A stretch of DNA of 32,000 bases from Patescibacteria group bacterium (GCA_019428855.1 JAHYJV010000003.1:1-32000); one strand, 5' to 3'; positions 1 through 8,066 are shown, counted from the stretch's first letter. Translations and numbers: made by a program. The notes: generated by a model from the sequence alone, not told the origin.

Positions 1-118
1 GCAATCGGGATTTCCTTCGCTTGCTTTGAAAGTTTTTATTACAAACAGTGCATTTATATCGCCAAACCCCGTTTCTTTTACCCTTTTTAATTACTCTGGA
101 ACAACCGCAATATATACA
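1..118 (-). mobile_element. Partial transposase-like N-terminal Cys4 zinc-ribbon ORF (IS1/IS1595 style), runs off the window edge and is probably frameshifted
   Basis: Reading the minus strand from 118 to 1 gives CIYCGCSRVIKKGKRNGVWRYKCTVCNKNFQSKRRKSRL (CxxC ... CxxC with basic spacer). This is the pattern of IS-transposase N-terminal zinc ribbons. The frame opens just after a TAA. The only nearby ATG (135..133) is in another frame across an A7 run (120..126). One extra A would give MLYKKKCIYCG... Confidence 0.3.
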
Positions 119-204
119 CTTTTTTTATATAACATACTATAGATTTAAAATTAATTGTAAATTTAGTTAACTTTTTATCTACATTATGCCATAAATTGAA
201 GTTT

Positions 205-474
205 TTAAGCACCCAAATTAACCATTAAGCCATTTTTATTTAATGTATTTTCAGGATTAAAAGGATGTCCCGTAGAAGGTTCAACAGGGCTGAGCTCGAC
301 TAATCGTTCCATAACAATTTTGTCCGTGCCGATAGAAATAAGAGTTCCAGCACTGTGAGCACGATAGGGGATAAGCATTTCAACTTCATTGGCATAACTT
401 CTAATGAGTTTGATCAGTCTGATGATCGTAATCATAGCACCACCCCTAGTATATAGAAATAAGCTTATCTTATT
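205..474 (-). pseudogene. Fragment of a Clp-fold serine peptidase (ClpP/SppA/SDH-type)
   Basis: The 76-aa track ORF plus 13 upstream in-frame codons read LFLYTRGGAMITIIRLIKLIRSYANEVEMLIPYRAHSAGTLISIGTDKIVMERLVELSPVEP. It has a T-x-G-G oxyanion-type motif, then a Ser-Ala-Gly nucleophile motif and D-x-IVM, as in Clp-fold peptidases. Only about 90 codons remain, with a stop upstream and a premature end downstream. Confidence 0.4.
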
Positions 475-832
475 TTACTTGCAATTTTCTCGAGATGTTA
501 AGCAAAAATCGGAATGATGTCATCGGTCACGTTCGTTACAAACGGCTGACGATCTCTAGTTATATAAGTGATGCAAAAGATAAAAATCAATTTTGATCGA
601 AAATGAAGAATTTGCAGCAAAAAGTTAAAAGTTCGAAGAATTTTGCTCCGCTTAGTATAATTTCAGAACAATTTTCTCTAGTTCTCTTCAATGCATTTAT
701 TGATGCCTTTATAACTGCAATTGGTCAAGAGGAAAAAGATTTGCATTTTGTTCATCAACTTGAATAAAAATTAAAATCTGAAAAACTTTGAAAGATTTAG
801 ATTACTCTTTTTTTATTCTGAAAATGTCAAGT

Positions 833-862
833 AAAAAATCAATCTAAACTAGATTGATTTTC
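833..862 (-). terminator. Rho-independent terminator downstream of tRNA-Leu
   Basis: Perfect hairpin AATCAATCTA / loop of 3 nt / TAGATTGATT (837..859). On the minus strand it is followed by a T run (A run 833..838 on plus). It lies immediately 3' of the tRNA. Confidence 0.55.
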
Positions 863-864
863 TT

Positions 865-949
865 TGGTGCCGGAGGAGGGAATCGAACCCTCATGGAATA
901 ATCCACACGATTTTGAGTCGTGCGCGTCTACCAATTCCGCCACTCCGGC
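865..949 (-). tRNA. tRNA-Leu, anticodon CAA, type II long variable arm, encoded CCA
   Basis: The reverse complement is GCCGGAGTGGCGGAATTGGTAGACGCGCACGACTCAAAATCGTGTGGATTATTCCATGAGGGTTCGATTCCCTCCTCCGGCACCA. It folds by hand into a 7-bp acceptor stem, a D arm GCG/CGC, an anticodon stem CACGA/TCGTG with loop CTCAAAA, a long variable arm and a T arm GAGGG-TTCGATT-CCCTC. Confidence 0.93.
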
Positions 950-1021
950 TTTTTATTTAGATAGGTGACAATACATATAGAATATAACAATATATAAAAT
1001 TGGTCAATTGTATTTATATAT

Positions 1022-1050
1022 TTGTCAATTCTGAAAGCATATACTATAAT
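1022..1050 (+). promoter_or_regulatory. Sigma70-like promoter for parA (TTGTCA-17 nt-TATAAT)
   Basis: TTGTCA at 1022..1027, a 17-nt spacer, then TATAAT at 1045..1050. The -10 element ends only 6 nt before the parA ATG (1057), which implies a leaderless or near-leaderless mRNA. An AT-rich background raises the false-positive risk. Confidence 0.4.
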
Positions 1051-1056
1051 AAAATC

Positions 1057-1821
1057 ATGAGTAAAGTTATCGCACTGGTAAATCAAAAAGGAGGCGTGGG
1101 AAAATCGACCACATCAGTAAATCTGGGGGCTTATTTGGTTTATCATGGTCGGAAAGTACTTTTAATTGATATGGATCCGCAAGCAAATGCGACAACAGGG
1201 CTTGGATTTCGACCTGAAAACATTAAACATAATATTTATGATGTTATATCTGGAAAGGCACTTCTTCAGGATGCTATAATTGAAACTTCATTGTTGGGAT
1301 ACAGTCTTGTTAGTTCAACACAAGACTTAGCAGGAGCAACTGTTGAACTCGTTGAAGCAACCCAAAGAGAATTCAAATTTTACAATGCAATTAAGGATAT
1401 CAAAGAAGATTATGATTATATATTGATAGATTGCCCTCCCTCTCTGGGACTTTTAACGGTAAATAGTCTTGCGGCTGCGGACAGGATAATTGTTCCAATT
1501 CAATGTGAATATTATGCTCTTGAGGGTCTCGGTCAGCTTTTAAATTCAATTGATTTAATTAAGGAAAATCTGAAGGAGGATCTTGAAATTATGGGGGCCG
1601 TTTTAACCATGTATGATAAAAGAAATCAACTCGCCAAGCAAGTAGAGAAGGAAGTTAGAAGACATTTTCCTGGTCATGTTTTTAATGCTGTGATTCCAAG
1701 AAATGTGGCACTTGCTGAAGCACCAAGCTTTGGAAAAACAATTTTACAATATAATCCAAGTAGTTCTGGAGCTTTGGCATATAATTATTTGTCAAAAGAA
1801 ATTATTGCACTTGAAAAATAA
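1057..1821 (+). CDS. parA: ParA/Soj chromosome partitioning ATPase
   Basis: Deviant Walker A at the N-terminus (MSKVIALVNQKGGVGKSTT), DMDPQANAT, DCPPSLG. The track ORF starts at TTG 1000, but the ATG at 1057 gives the canonical ParA N-terminus. Confidence 0.9.
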   Translation: MSKVIALVNQKGGVGKSTTSVNLGAYLVYHGRKVLLIDMDPQANATTGLGFRPENIKHNIYDVISGKALLQDAIIETSLLGYSLVSSTQDLAGATVELVEATQREFKFYNAIKDIKEDYDYILIDCPPSLGLLTVNSLAAADRIIVPIQCEYYALEGLGQLLNSIDLIKENLKEDLEIMGAVLTMYDKRNQLAKQVEKEVRRHFPGHVFNAVIPRNVALAEAPSFGKTILQYNPSSSGALAYNYLSKEIIALEK

Positions 1822-1833
1822 AAATATAAAATT

Positions 1834-2709
1834 ATGATAAAAAAAACAAGTTTGGGTACAGGTTTGTCTTCTTTAATTCCAAGCAAAATACCCAATCATT
1901 TAGCTGAAGCTAAAAGGACTTTAGATGCCGACGAGATACACAAGATTTCAGTAGATAATATAGTTCCAAATCCAAATCAGCCTCGCTATTATTTTGATAG
2001 AGATAATCTAAAAGATTTATCCGATTCTATTAAAGAGCACGGTATAATACAACCGATTATTGTTACCAGGCTTGCTGAAAATAAATTTGAACTCATTGCA
2101 GGAGAGAGAAGACTTCAAGCCTCAAAGTTGATTGGCAATAAAACCATCTCTGCTATTATCAGGATTGCATCTAATCAGGAAAAACTTGAACTTGCTTTGA
2201 TTGAAAATATTCAAAGACACAATCTCAATTCAATTGAAGAGGCGAAAGCTTATAAAAAATTACAAATTGAATTTAATTTGACACAAGAAGAAGTTGCCAA
2301 AAAAGCGGGGAAAAATCGTTCTACTATAGCTAACACAATTAGACTGCTTGATCTGCCGATAGAAATACAAAGAGGATTGATTAGTCAGAAAATTACCGAA
2401 GGACATGCTCGCGCAATTTTAGCTCTTGCAAATCCAGAAAAGCAAAGGGCTCTTTATGAACTAATTTTGAAAAATAATTTAACAGTTCGAGCAACAGAGA
2501 ATAAAGTTAAGGAGGTTACGGTGCATACATATAAAAGAAAGGTGCACACGCAGGCTGACCCGCGTATCCAAGATTTGGAGGATAATATTCAGCAAAAGCT
2601 CGGTACGAAAGTTAAAATTAATAAAAAAGGAGTTTCAGGAAAAATTACGATTGATTTTTTTTCAGAAGAAGAATTTGAGAAAATTATTCAGATTATCTCT
2701 TGTGATTAA
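1834..2709 (+). CDS. parB: ParB/Spo0J partition protein
   Basis: ParB box motifs (IQPIIV, LIAGERRLQAS) and an HTH region (TQEEVAKKAGKNRSTIANTIRLLDLP). It lies 12 nt downstream of parA. Confidence 0.9.
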   Translation: MIKKTSLGTGLSSLIPSKIPNHLAEAKRTLDADEIHKISVDNIVPNPNQPRYYFDRDNLKDLSDSIKEHGIIQPIIVTRLAENKFELIAGERRLQASKLIGNKTISAIIRIASNQEKLELALIENIQRHNLNSIEEAKAYKKLQIEFNLTQEEVAKKAGKNRSTIANTIRLLDLPIEIQRGLISQKITEGHARAILALANPEKQRALYELILKNNLTVRATENKVKEVTVHTYKRKVHTQADPRIQDLEDNIQQKLGTKVKINKKGVSGKITIDFFSEEEFEKIIQIISCD

Positions 2710-2835
2710 TAGAGATTAAAAGTTCAGATAGGAATAATTTTGCATCTATAATCAGATATAAAATTAGGAATAAATAAAACAGGGAATATTAAAAAATATT
2801 GCATAAATTCTTAATATTAGCCAGTATAATTGCTA

Positions 2836-2866
2836 TTGACAGATATTCCTAGTGTGATATTATAAT
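2836..2866 (+). promoter_or_regulatory. Sigma70-like promoter upstream of greA
   Basis: Perfect -35 TTGACA (2836..2841). There are two possible -10 elements. One is TGaTATTAT (extended -10, hexamer 2858..2863, 16-nt spacer). The other is TATAAT (2861..2866, 19-nt spacer). Confidence 0.4.
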
Positions 2867-2921
2867 CCTAATAATTTTGCCCACATATATTGGGGCCTTT
2901 TTAATTGATAAAAACAAAAAC

Positions 2922-3380
2922 ATGACCAAGCAATTCATAACAAAGGAAGGATTAGAAAAACTTAAGCAGGAATTGATATATTTGAAAACTGAAAAAAGAC
3001 AAGAAATATCAAAGAGAATTCAAGATGCAAAAGAACTTGGCGACTTAAGTGAAAATGCTGAATATTCTGAAGCAAAAGAGCAACAAGCCTTGAATGAAGG
3101 AAAAATTGCAGAAATGGAAGAAACTGTTAAAAACGCAAAGACTATAGACAATAATTATAACCCTGGTGTGGTAAATGTCGGATCAACCATCAAAGTAAAT
3201 AATGGCAAGATTGAAAGGACATTTACGATAGTTGGTTCGAATGAGGCGAATCCGTCAGAAGGATTAATTTCTAATGAAACTCCTTTAGCAGCATCTTTTC
3301 TGGGACGGAAAGTCAATGAAAGTGTTGATGTTGAAACACCGAAGGGAAAAGTTAAATATGTAATATTAGCAATTTCCTAA
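2922..3380 (+). CDS. greA: Transcription elongation factor GreA
   Basis: MTKQFITKEGLEKLKQEL...GDLSENAEYSEAKEQQ coiled-coil N-domain plus a C-terminal globular domain. The ATG at 2922 gives the typical GreA length. The track ORF start at 2877 adds 15 non-conserved residues. Confidence 0.9.
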   Translation: MTKQFITKEGLEKLKQELIYLKTEKRQEISKRIQDAKELGDLSENAEYSEAKEQQALNEGKIAEMEETVKNAKTIDNNYNPGVVNVGSTIKVNNGKIERTFTIVGSNEANPSEGLISNETPLAASFLGRKVNESVDVETPKGKVKYVILAIS

Positions 3381-3391
3381 TTTAAATATAT

Positions 3392-3422
3392 AAAAAAACA
3401 GTAATTTTTGTACTGTTTTTTT
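3392..3422 (+). terminator. Rho-independent terminator after greA
   Basis: Stem ACAGTA (3398..3403), loop ATTTTTG, stem TACTGT (3411..3416), followed by a T7 run. An A run upstream extends the stem. Confidence 0.65.
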
Positions 3423-3559
3423 GATTATATATTCAGATTATATTAAATTGTTGCTTATAGCGATAATCCCTTTTTTTGGGATCATACTGAATACTTGTGG
3501 ATTAATAGGCTAAAATAGAATATAATAGTAGTGGGAATTTATTATTAATTTTTACTACT

Positions 3560-4260
3560 ATGATAATTAATGACAAAGCCCTTGATTTATTTTTGCCAGA
3601 AGGCACATTGGAGTAATTTGATATCAAAGACTGCTCAAAAGAAGAAAACGAAATTAAAATCATTTTAGAAGAAAAAATATTCCTCCGATTATATAGGAAT
3701 TAAAAAATAAAAAAATAATATCAAAAGGTTTTTACGATATTACTATTACAGATTTTCCAGCAAGAGGACGAAGAACAAATTCAAAGTTTCGAAGAAGGAG
3801 ATGGCAAGCAGAAGGTCAAAATGAGTTACTAAAAAGAGACATCAAATTATGTTTTCTCAGCACTCAATTAGACAAAGAATTTGAAATGCAGTACAAAGAT
3901 TTTTTATCTGGATTTAGAAAATGAAGTCAGTTGGATCATACTGACAGATATATGTTGTTTCCTAAAAATATGGGAAAGAATCTGAGTATAGACGAATTCA
4001 ATCTCTCTAACGGAGAACTGTATACAGTTGTTACTAACAAAAAAGTGAAAGGCAAAAAAGGAGCAATAGTTGCCATGATACACAGCACTAAAGCTTCTGA
4101 AATATCACCTATGACCTGTTCAAACGGAGATACAAAAAAAGCTTCTCGCTAGAAGCCGACATCTGTTATTCAAAACCAGAAGCAAATGGACAGACAGTCA
4201 GAAAGAGAGAGCTGAAATATTATTTAAAGAGCATTAGGAAATAGAAAAAAGCAGAAGTAA
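3560..4260 (+). pseudogene. Degraded ISAon1-like (ISL3-related) transposase
   Basis: Three collinear pieces in different frames:
(1) MIINDKALDLFLPEGTLE*FDIKDCSKEENEIKIILEEK.. then ..SKGFYDITITDFPARGRRTNSKFRRRRWQAEG..
(2) FPKNMGKNLSIDEFNLSNGELYTVVTNKKVKGKKGAIVAMIHSTKA
(3) SRHLLFKTRSKWTDSQKERAEILFKEH*
Lesions: in-frame TAA 3614..3616, a frameshift at the A6 run 3672..3677, TAG 3694..3696, TGA 3922..3924, further frameshifts, and loss of most of the catalytic core between pieces 2 and 3. The family assignment is from my memory of Bacteroidota ISAon1-type proteins. Confidence 0.6.
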
Positions 4261-4424
4261 AAAGTTTGATAGTTTTGTTTTCTTCTTGAATCATACTTTT
4301 GCTTTGTTAAGAGTTTATTATACTCTTATCTTAGAATAAAATTGATATTTTAAAAAGAGATTTTGAGTTAATAATTTTAGTTTAATCGGCAACAGACCCT
4401 GTTTAGGATCGCCAAATTATATGC

Positions 4425-4706
4425 TTGATTAAGTTTACTTCACAGGTATTCTGTATAATCCAAAAATTGGAAGGATTTTTATTGGAGCTTCAAAAAGTAA
4501 GCAAAAATTTACCATTGCGATTCGAAATGCTCAAAATTGAAGATTTCCCCGCCGCCAAAATAAATGTTGAATTGGCACAAAAAGAAGGAAGAACAATACC
4601 GAACACTTCCCAAGAAATCTTTTTTGATTTGTGGTATAATAAGTTGCAGCCAAAATATTATTCAAAAGAGGAATTAAAGAAGTTTTGTTGCGAGATTGAG
4701 TTATAA
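4425..4706 (+). CDS. Hypothetical protein, doubtful
   Basis: ORF only, with a TTG start (an internal ATG at 4527 is possible). There is no recognisable motif, and it lies in the degraded region next to the transposase relic. Confidence 0.2.
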   Translation: MIKFTSQVFCIIQKLEGFLLELQKVSKNLPLRFEMLKIEDFPAAKINVELAQKEGRTIPNTSQEIFFDLWYNKLQPKYYSKEELKKFCCEIEL

Positions 4707-4886
4707 TTTGATTATCATGCTGAAGCTAAAAAAGAAGAAATATTTTAAAATCTGTTTCTGATATTTAGAAATTACGCATATCTTTTCTCAGTTTAAAAAG
4801 AATTTATTAAAAATGTTTAAAACCTGCTTTTTAATTAAGATAATAACTGACTTAAATAAAACATTAATATCATAAATCAAGAATAT

Positions 4887-6413
4887 ATGTCAAAAAAAAT
4901 ACGAGTAAGATTTGCACCGAGTCCAACTGGCTATCTGCATGTGGGAAGTTTACGAACGGTTTTATATGATTATCTTTTTGCCAAGCACAACGGCGGTGAT
5001 TTCATCTTGCGCATTGAAGACACAGATAAAGCCAGATATGTTGAGGGTTCCATTGAAAATCTAGTGAAAATTCTTGATTTTATGGGTCTAGAGTATTCAG
5101 AAGGAGTATTTGTCAATCAAGACAATAAAACCTTTCAAAAGGGCGATTTTGGACCATATATTCAATCACTGAGACTGGATATATACCAGAAATACGTAGA
5201 TGAACTCATAAAAAATGATTATGCATATTATTGCTTTTGTAGTCAAGAGAGATTAGGCAAAATGAGAAAAAATCAACGATTGCAAAAATTGGCTCCAATG
5301 TATGATAGAAAATGTAGGGGATTAAGCAAAGACGAAGTTCAAAAACTTCTGGAAGAAAAAACTCCTTATGTGGTTCGATTGAAAGTTCCGCGAAAAGGAG
5401 TTACAGAATTTGAGGATTTGATTTATGGAAAAATCAAAATTGAAAACAAAACAATTGACGATCAGGTTTTGATGAAATCTGACGGTTTTCCAACTTATCA
5501 TTTGGCCAGTGTTGTTGACGATCACTTGATGGAAATTTCGCATGTCACTCGAGCCGAAGAGTGGCTTCCTTCAACTCCGAAACATATTCTTTTGTACAAA
5601 GCATTCGGTTGGGAAATTCCACAATTTGCTCATTTCACATTATTACTCAATCCAGATAAAAGTAAACTAAGTAAAAGACAAGGAGATGTAAAGGTGGAAG
5701 ATTATCTCAAAAAAGGATATCTAAAGGAGGCACTGTTGAATTTTGTTTTACTCCTTGGCTGGAATCCAAAAACAGAAGAAGAGGTTTTCTCACTTAGTGA
5801 GATGATTGCAAGATTTGATTTATCTGGTGTCAATAAAACAGGAGCAATTTTCAATACTGAAAAACTGGATTGGTTGAATGGAGTTTATATACGAAAAATG
5901 GACTTAAGTGAACTGACAAAATTATGTGTGCCGTATTTGATTGAAGCGGAATTATTAGAAGAAGTAGGTGGTTCTAAGTACCAAGTATTAAGCACTGGCG
6001 AAGAAGTTGATTTTGAATATCTGAAAAAAATTGTCGCACTTGAACAAGAAAGAATGAAAAAACTTTCTGAAATAGGGGAGTCAGTGAAGTTTATTTTTTC
6101 AGAAAAACTTGATTACGAAAAAGAATTGTTAATTTGGAAAAAAATGACCGCTGGTGATGCGAAGAATAATTTGCAATTAATTTTCAATGAGCTAAGCAGT
6201 ATAGAGGAAAAAGATTTTCAGAGCAATAAGTTACAAGAAATTTTAGACAGGCTAGTTGAAAAAAATAATCTCAAGAGGGGAGAAGTTTTATGGCCATTGC
6301 GAGTGGCACTGACCGGACTTAAGGGATCACCTAGTCCATTCGAAGTTGCGGAGGTTTTGGGAAAAGAGAAGGTTTTAGAAAGAATTGAGTTTGCTCTAGA
6401 ATTATTAAAATAA
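4887..6413 (+). CDS. gltX: Glutamate--tRNA ligase
   Basis: Class I signature RFAPSPTGYLHVGSLRT (HIGH-type), KLSKRQG (KMSKS-type) and FPTYHLASVVDDHLM, at full length (508 aa). Confidence 0.93.
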   Translation: MSKKIRVRFAPSPTGYLHVGSLRTVLYDYLFAKHNGGDFILRIEDTDKARYVEGSIENLVKILDFMGLEYSEGVFVNQDNKTFQKGDFGPYIQSLRLDIYQKYVDELIKNDYAYYCFCSQERLGKMRKNQRLQKLAPMYDRKCRGLSKDEVQKLLEEKTPYVVRLKVPRKGVTEFEDLIYGKIKIENKTIDDQVLMKSDGFPTYHLASVVDDHLMEISHVTRAEEWLPSTPKHILLYKAFGWEIPQFAHFTLLLNPDKSKLSKRQGDVKVEDYLKKGYLKEALLNFVLLLGWNPKTEEEVFSLSEMIARFDLSGVNKTGAIFNTEKLDWLNGVYIRKMDLSELTKLCVPYLIEAELLEEVGGSKYQVLSTGEEVDFEYLKKIVALEQERMKKLSEIGESVKFIFSEKLDYEKELLIWKKMTAGDAKNNLQLIFNELSSIEEKDFQSNKLQEILDRLVEKNNLKRGEVLWPLRVALTGLKGSPSPFEVAEVLGKEKVLERIEFALELLK

Positions 6414-6465
6414 AACGATGAAATGGAAAATGGATAGTTCGGAAATTAGATTCTGCTATTTTACA

Positions 6466-6494
6466 TTGAACAAACTTAAAAAATATGCTATATT
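6466..6494 (+). promoter_or_regulatory. Sigma70-like promoter with extended -10 upstream of the C39-like peptidase gene
   Basis: TTGAAC (6466..6471), a 17-nt spacer ending in TGc, then TATATT (6489..6494). It lies 32 nt upstream of the ATG at 6526. Confidence 0.4.
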
Positions 6495-6525
6495 TAAGTA
6501 AATTGGCTTTTATAGATCACTTTTT

Positions 6526-7851
6526 ATGATACTGAAAAAATTAAAAGCGAAAATAACATCAATATTGCTAATCGCATCATTTTTTTTGGTGCCAATTTCG
6601 AATATAAAAGCAGACCTCATAGATGAAATTGAAGAGCAAATCAATGAAAAAAGTGATACAATTAAAACCCTTGAAAATAAAGCAGAGGAATATAATGATA
6701 TAATTAAAGATCTTCGCATACAAGAACAAAGTTTAGAAAATGAAATTGAGTTACTTGAAGCTCAATTGGCACAACTTGAAATTGAAGTGCAAACAACGCA
6801 ATCAGAAATAGAACAAACAAATCTTGAGATAAACAACCTCTTACTGCGAATTCAAATCAAAGAAGAAGAAATTGAAAAACAAAAAGATATTTTAAAAAAT
6901 CTTCTCCGACAAATTAACGACTATGACAAAGAAACTACACTGGAAGTCCTTCTAAAAAGTGAAGATTTTTCACAATTTTTTAATCAAGCAGATTATGTGA
7001 ATACTGTTGGGGAGAAAATCAAGGACGCACTAGATAGATTGGGATTTATTAAAATTGAATTAGTCCAAGAGAAGGAAAAAGCAGATAAAAAGAAGACGGA
7101 GTTAGAAGAATTAAATACTAAACTTTTAGTACAAAAAGAAATTGTTGATGCACAAAAGAGCTCTCAAGAAGCTTTGCTTCAAGATACTAGAGGCAGAGAA
7201 GATAAATTTCAAGACTTATTGTTCAATGTCAGAAATCAGAAAAAGACAATTTTAGGAGATATTAACAGGCTTAAGAAAGATATGGAGGTTGAGATAGCAA
7301 AAATTGCCGCCTTGGCTGCCAGACCATCTGAAAATCTTGCCTCGACAAGCTGGTATTATTCTCAAAATGATCCGAAATGGAAGGATATGACGATTGGACT
7401 TTCGAATTCAACAATTGACGATTATGGCTGTGCGATTGCATCCGTGTCGATGGTGTTTAAATATTATGGTATTGATATTGATCCAGGCAGGCTTGCCAAG
7501 CAACCTATATTCTATCGTGACTTGATTAGCTGGCCAAAGCAGTGGAGATTTCTAGATTTAGTAAAAAATTCTTATCATATTTCTGGTGGACTTACTGCAG
7601 CTGATTGGAGCTTGATTGATCGTGAAATCGCTAGTGGCCATCCTGTGATTGTGTTTATCAAAGCTTTAGGAAGAGGTGCTGGACACTATGTTGTTATTCA
7701 CAGCAAGGACTCTAAGGGATATGTTGTTCACGATCCCATAAAATGGAATGGTCAAAGTGGCGCAAATATCTATCTTTCGACGACACAAAAATATATAGGC
7801 TCTATCTATAAGACGAATACTATAATTGATCAATATATTATATATCATTAA
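6526..7851 (+). CDS. Secreted or membrane-anchored coiled-coil protein with C-terminal C39-like (papain-fold) cysteine peptidase domain, probable cell-wall hydrolase
   Basis: N-terminal hydrophobic signal or anchor (ILLIASFFLVPISNI), then about 230 aa of heptad-like Glu/Lys/Leu-rich sequence. The C-terminal part reads WYYSQNDPKWKD...DDYGCAIASVSMVFKYYG...GHYVVIHS, which has a Cys/His pair arranged as in Peptidase_C39-like / YvpB-type domains. Confidence 0.7.
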   Translation: MILKKLKAKITSILLIASFFLVPISNIKADLIDEIEEQINEKSDTIKTLENKAEEYNDIIKDLRIQEQSLENEIELLEAQLAQLEIEVQTTQSEIEQTNLEINNLLLRIQIKEEEIEKQKDILKNLLRQINDYDKETTLEVLLKSEDFSQFFNQADYVNTVGEKIKDALDRLGFIKIELVQEKEKADKKKTELEELNTKLLVQKEIVDAQKSSQEALLQDTRGREDKFQDLLFNVRNQKKTILGDINRLKKDMEVEIAKIAALAARPSENLASTSWYYSQNDPKWKDMTIGLSNSTIDDYGCAIASVSMVFKYYGIDIDPGRLAKQPIFYRDLISWPKQWRFLDLVKNSYHISGGLTAADWSLIDREIASGHPVIVFIKALGRGAGHYVVIHSKDSKGYVVHDPIKWNGQSGANIYLSTTQKYIGSIYKTNTIIDQYIIYH

Positions 7852-7867
7852 TATTTTGCGACATAAA

Positions 7868-8066
7868 TAAGGAACCTCTGAAAAACACTACTTCTTAAAA
7901 CCATTATAGCAAGGTCAAAGCAATCCTCGCATTCTTTTGGAATAAATTGATTATTTTTATTCTTTTCTCATTGCTTTTACCGCACTTAGAGACAATAATC
8001 CTATAAAAACTACAATACTCTTGTTAATTTCTTCCTGTTTTTAGAGAGTTTTTCAGAGGTTTCTTA
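7868..8066. repeat. 199-bp element bounded by a 19-bp terminal inverted repeat
   Basis: 7868..7886 (TAAGGAACCTCTGAAAAAC) is the reverse complement of 8048..8066 (GTTTTTCAGAGGTTTCTTA), matching at 18 of 19 positions. In RNA the mismatch is a G-U pair. A further interrupted helix is possible inside (7894..7901 with 8037..8044). There is no ORF inside. Confidence 0.6.

Noticed and set aside
603-770. 55-aa plus-strand ORF (MKNLQQKVKSSKNFAPLSIISEQFSLVLFNAFIDAFITAIGQEEKDLHFVHQLE) in the decayed region
   Set aside because: It is short, has no motif and no translation signal, and lies among obvious gene fragments. It cannot be distinguished from a random ORF.
897-909. DnaA-box-like 9-mers (TAATCCACA inside tRNA-Leu; TTATCCACT at 17349..17357) near the divergent tRNA/parA junction, possibly indicating oriC
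   Set aside because: These are single one-mismatch hits inside functional genes, with no cluster of boxes and no adjacent dnaA. They are expected by chance.
3614-3696. In-frame TAA and TAG at positions where Tyr is expected, in the transposase relic and at 21229..21231 in the GT39 relic. Could this be stop-codon reassignment?
   Set aside because: All intact conserved genes in the window terminate sensibly at TAA, TAG or TGA and contain none of these codons in frame. The affected loci also carry frameshifts and deletions. TAT/TAC to TAA/TAG is a one-step change in decaying genes.
3479-3944. 12-nt direct repeat GGATCATACTGA at 3479..3490 and 3933..3944, possibly IS ends or att sites
   Set aside because: An exact 12-mer recurring once in 32 kb of AT-rich sequence is within chance expectation. 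The repeat does not delimit the transposase relic sensibly, because one copy is inside it.
7868-8066. Assigning the inverted-repeat element to a specific RNA family (6S, SRP, tmRNA or RNase P)
   Set aside because: I could not find any family-specific conserved motif by eye, such as the SRP domain IV GGAA/AGCA motifs, the RNase P GAGGAAAGUCC motif or the tmRNA tRNA-like end. Only the generic paired ends are supported.
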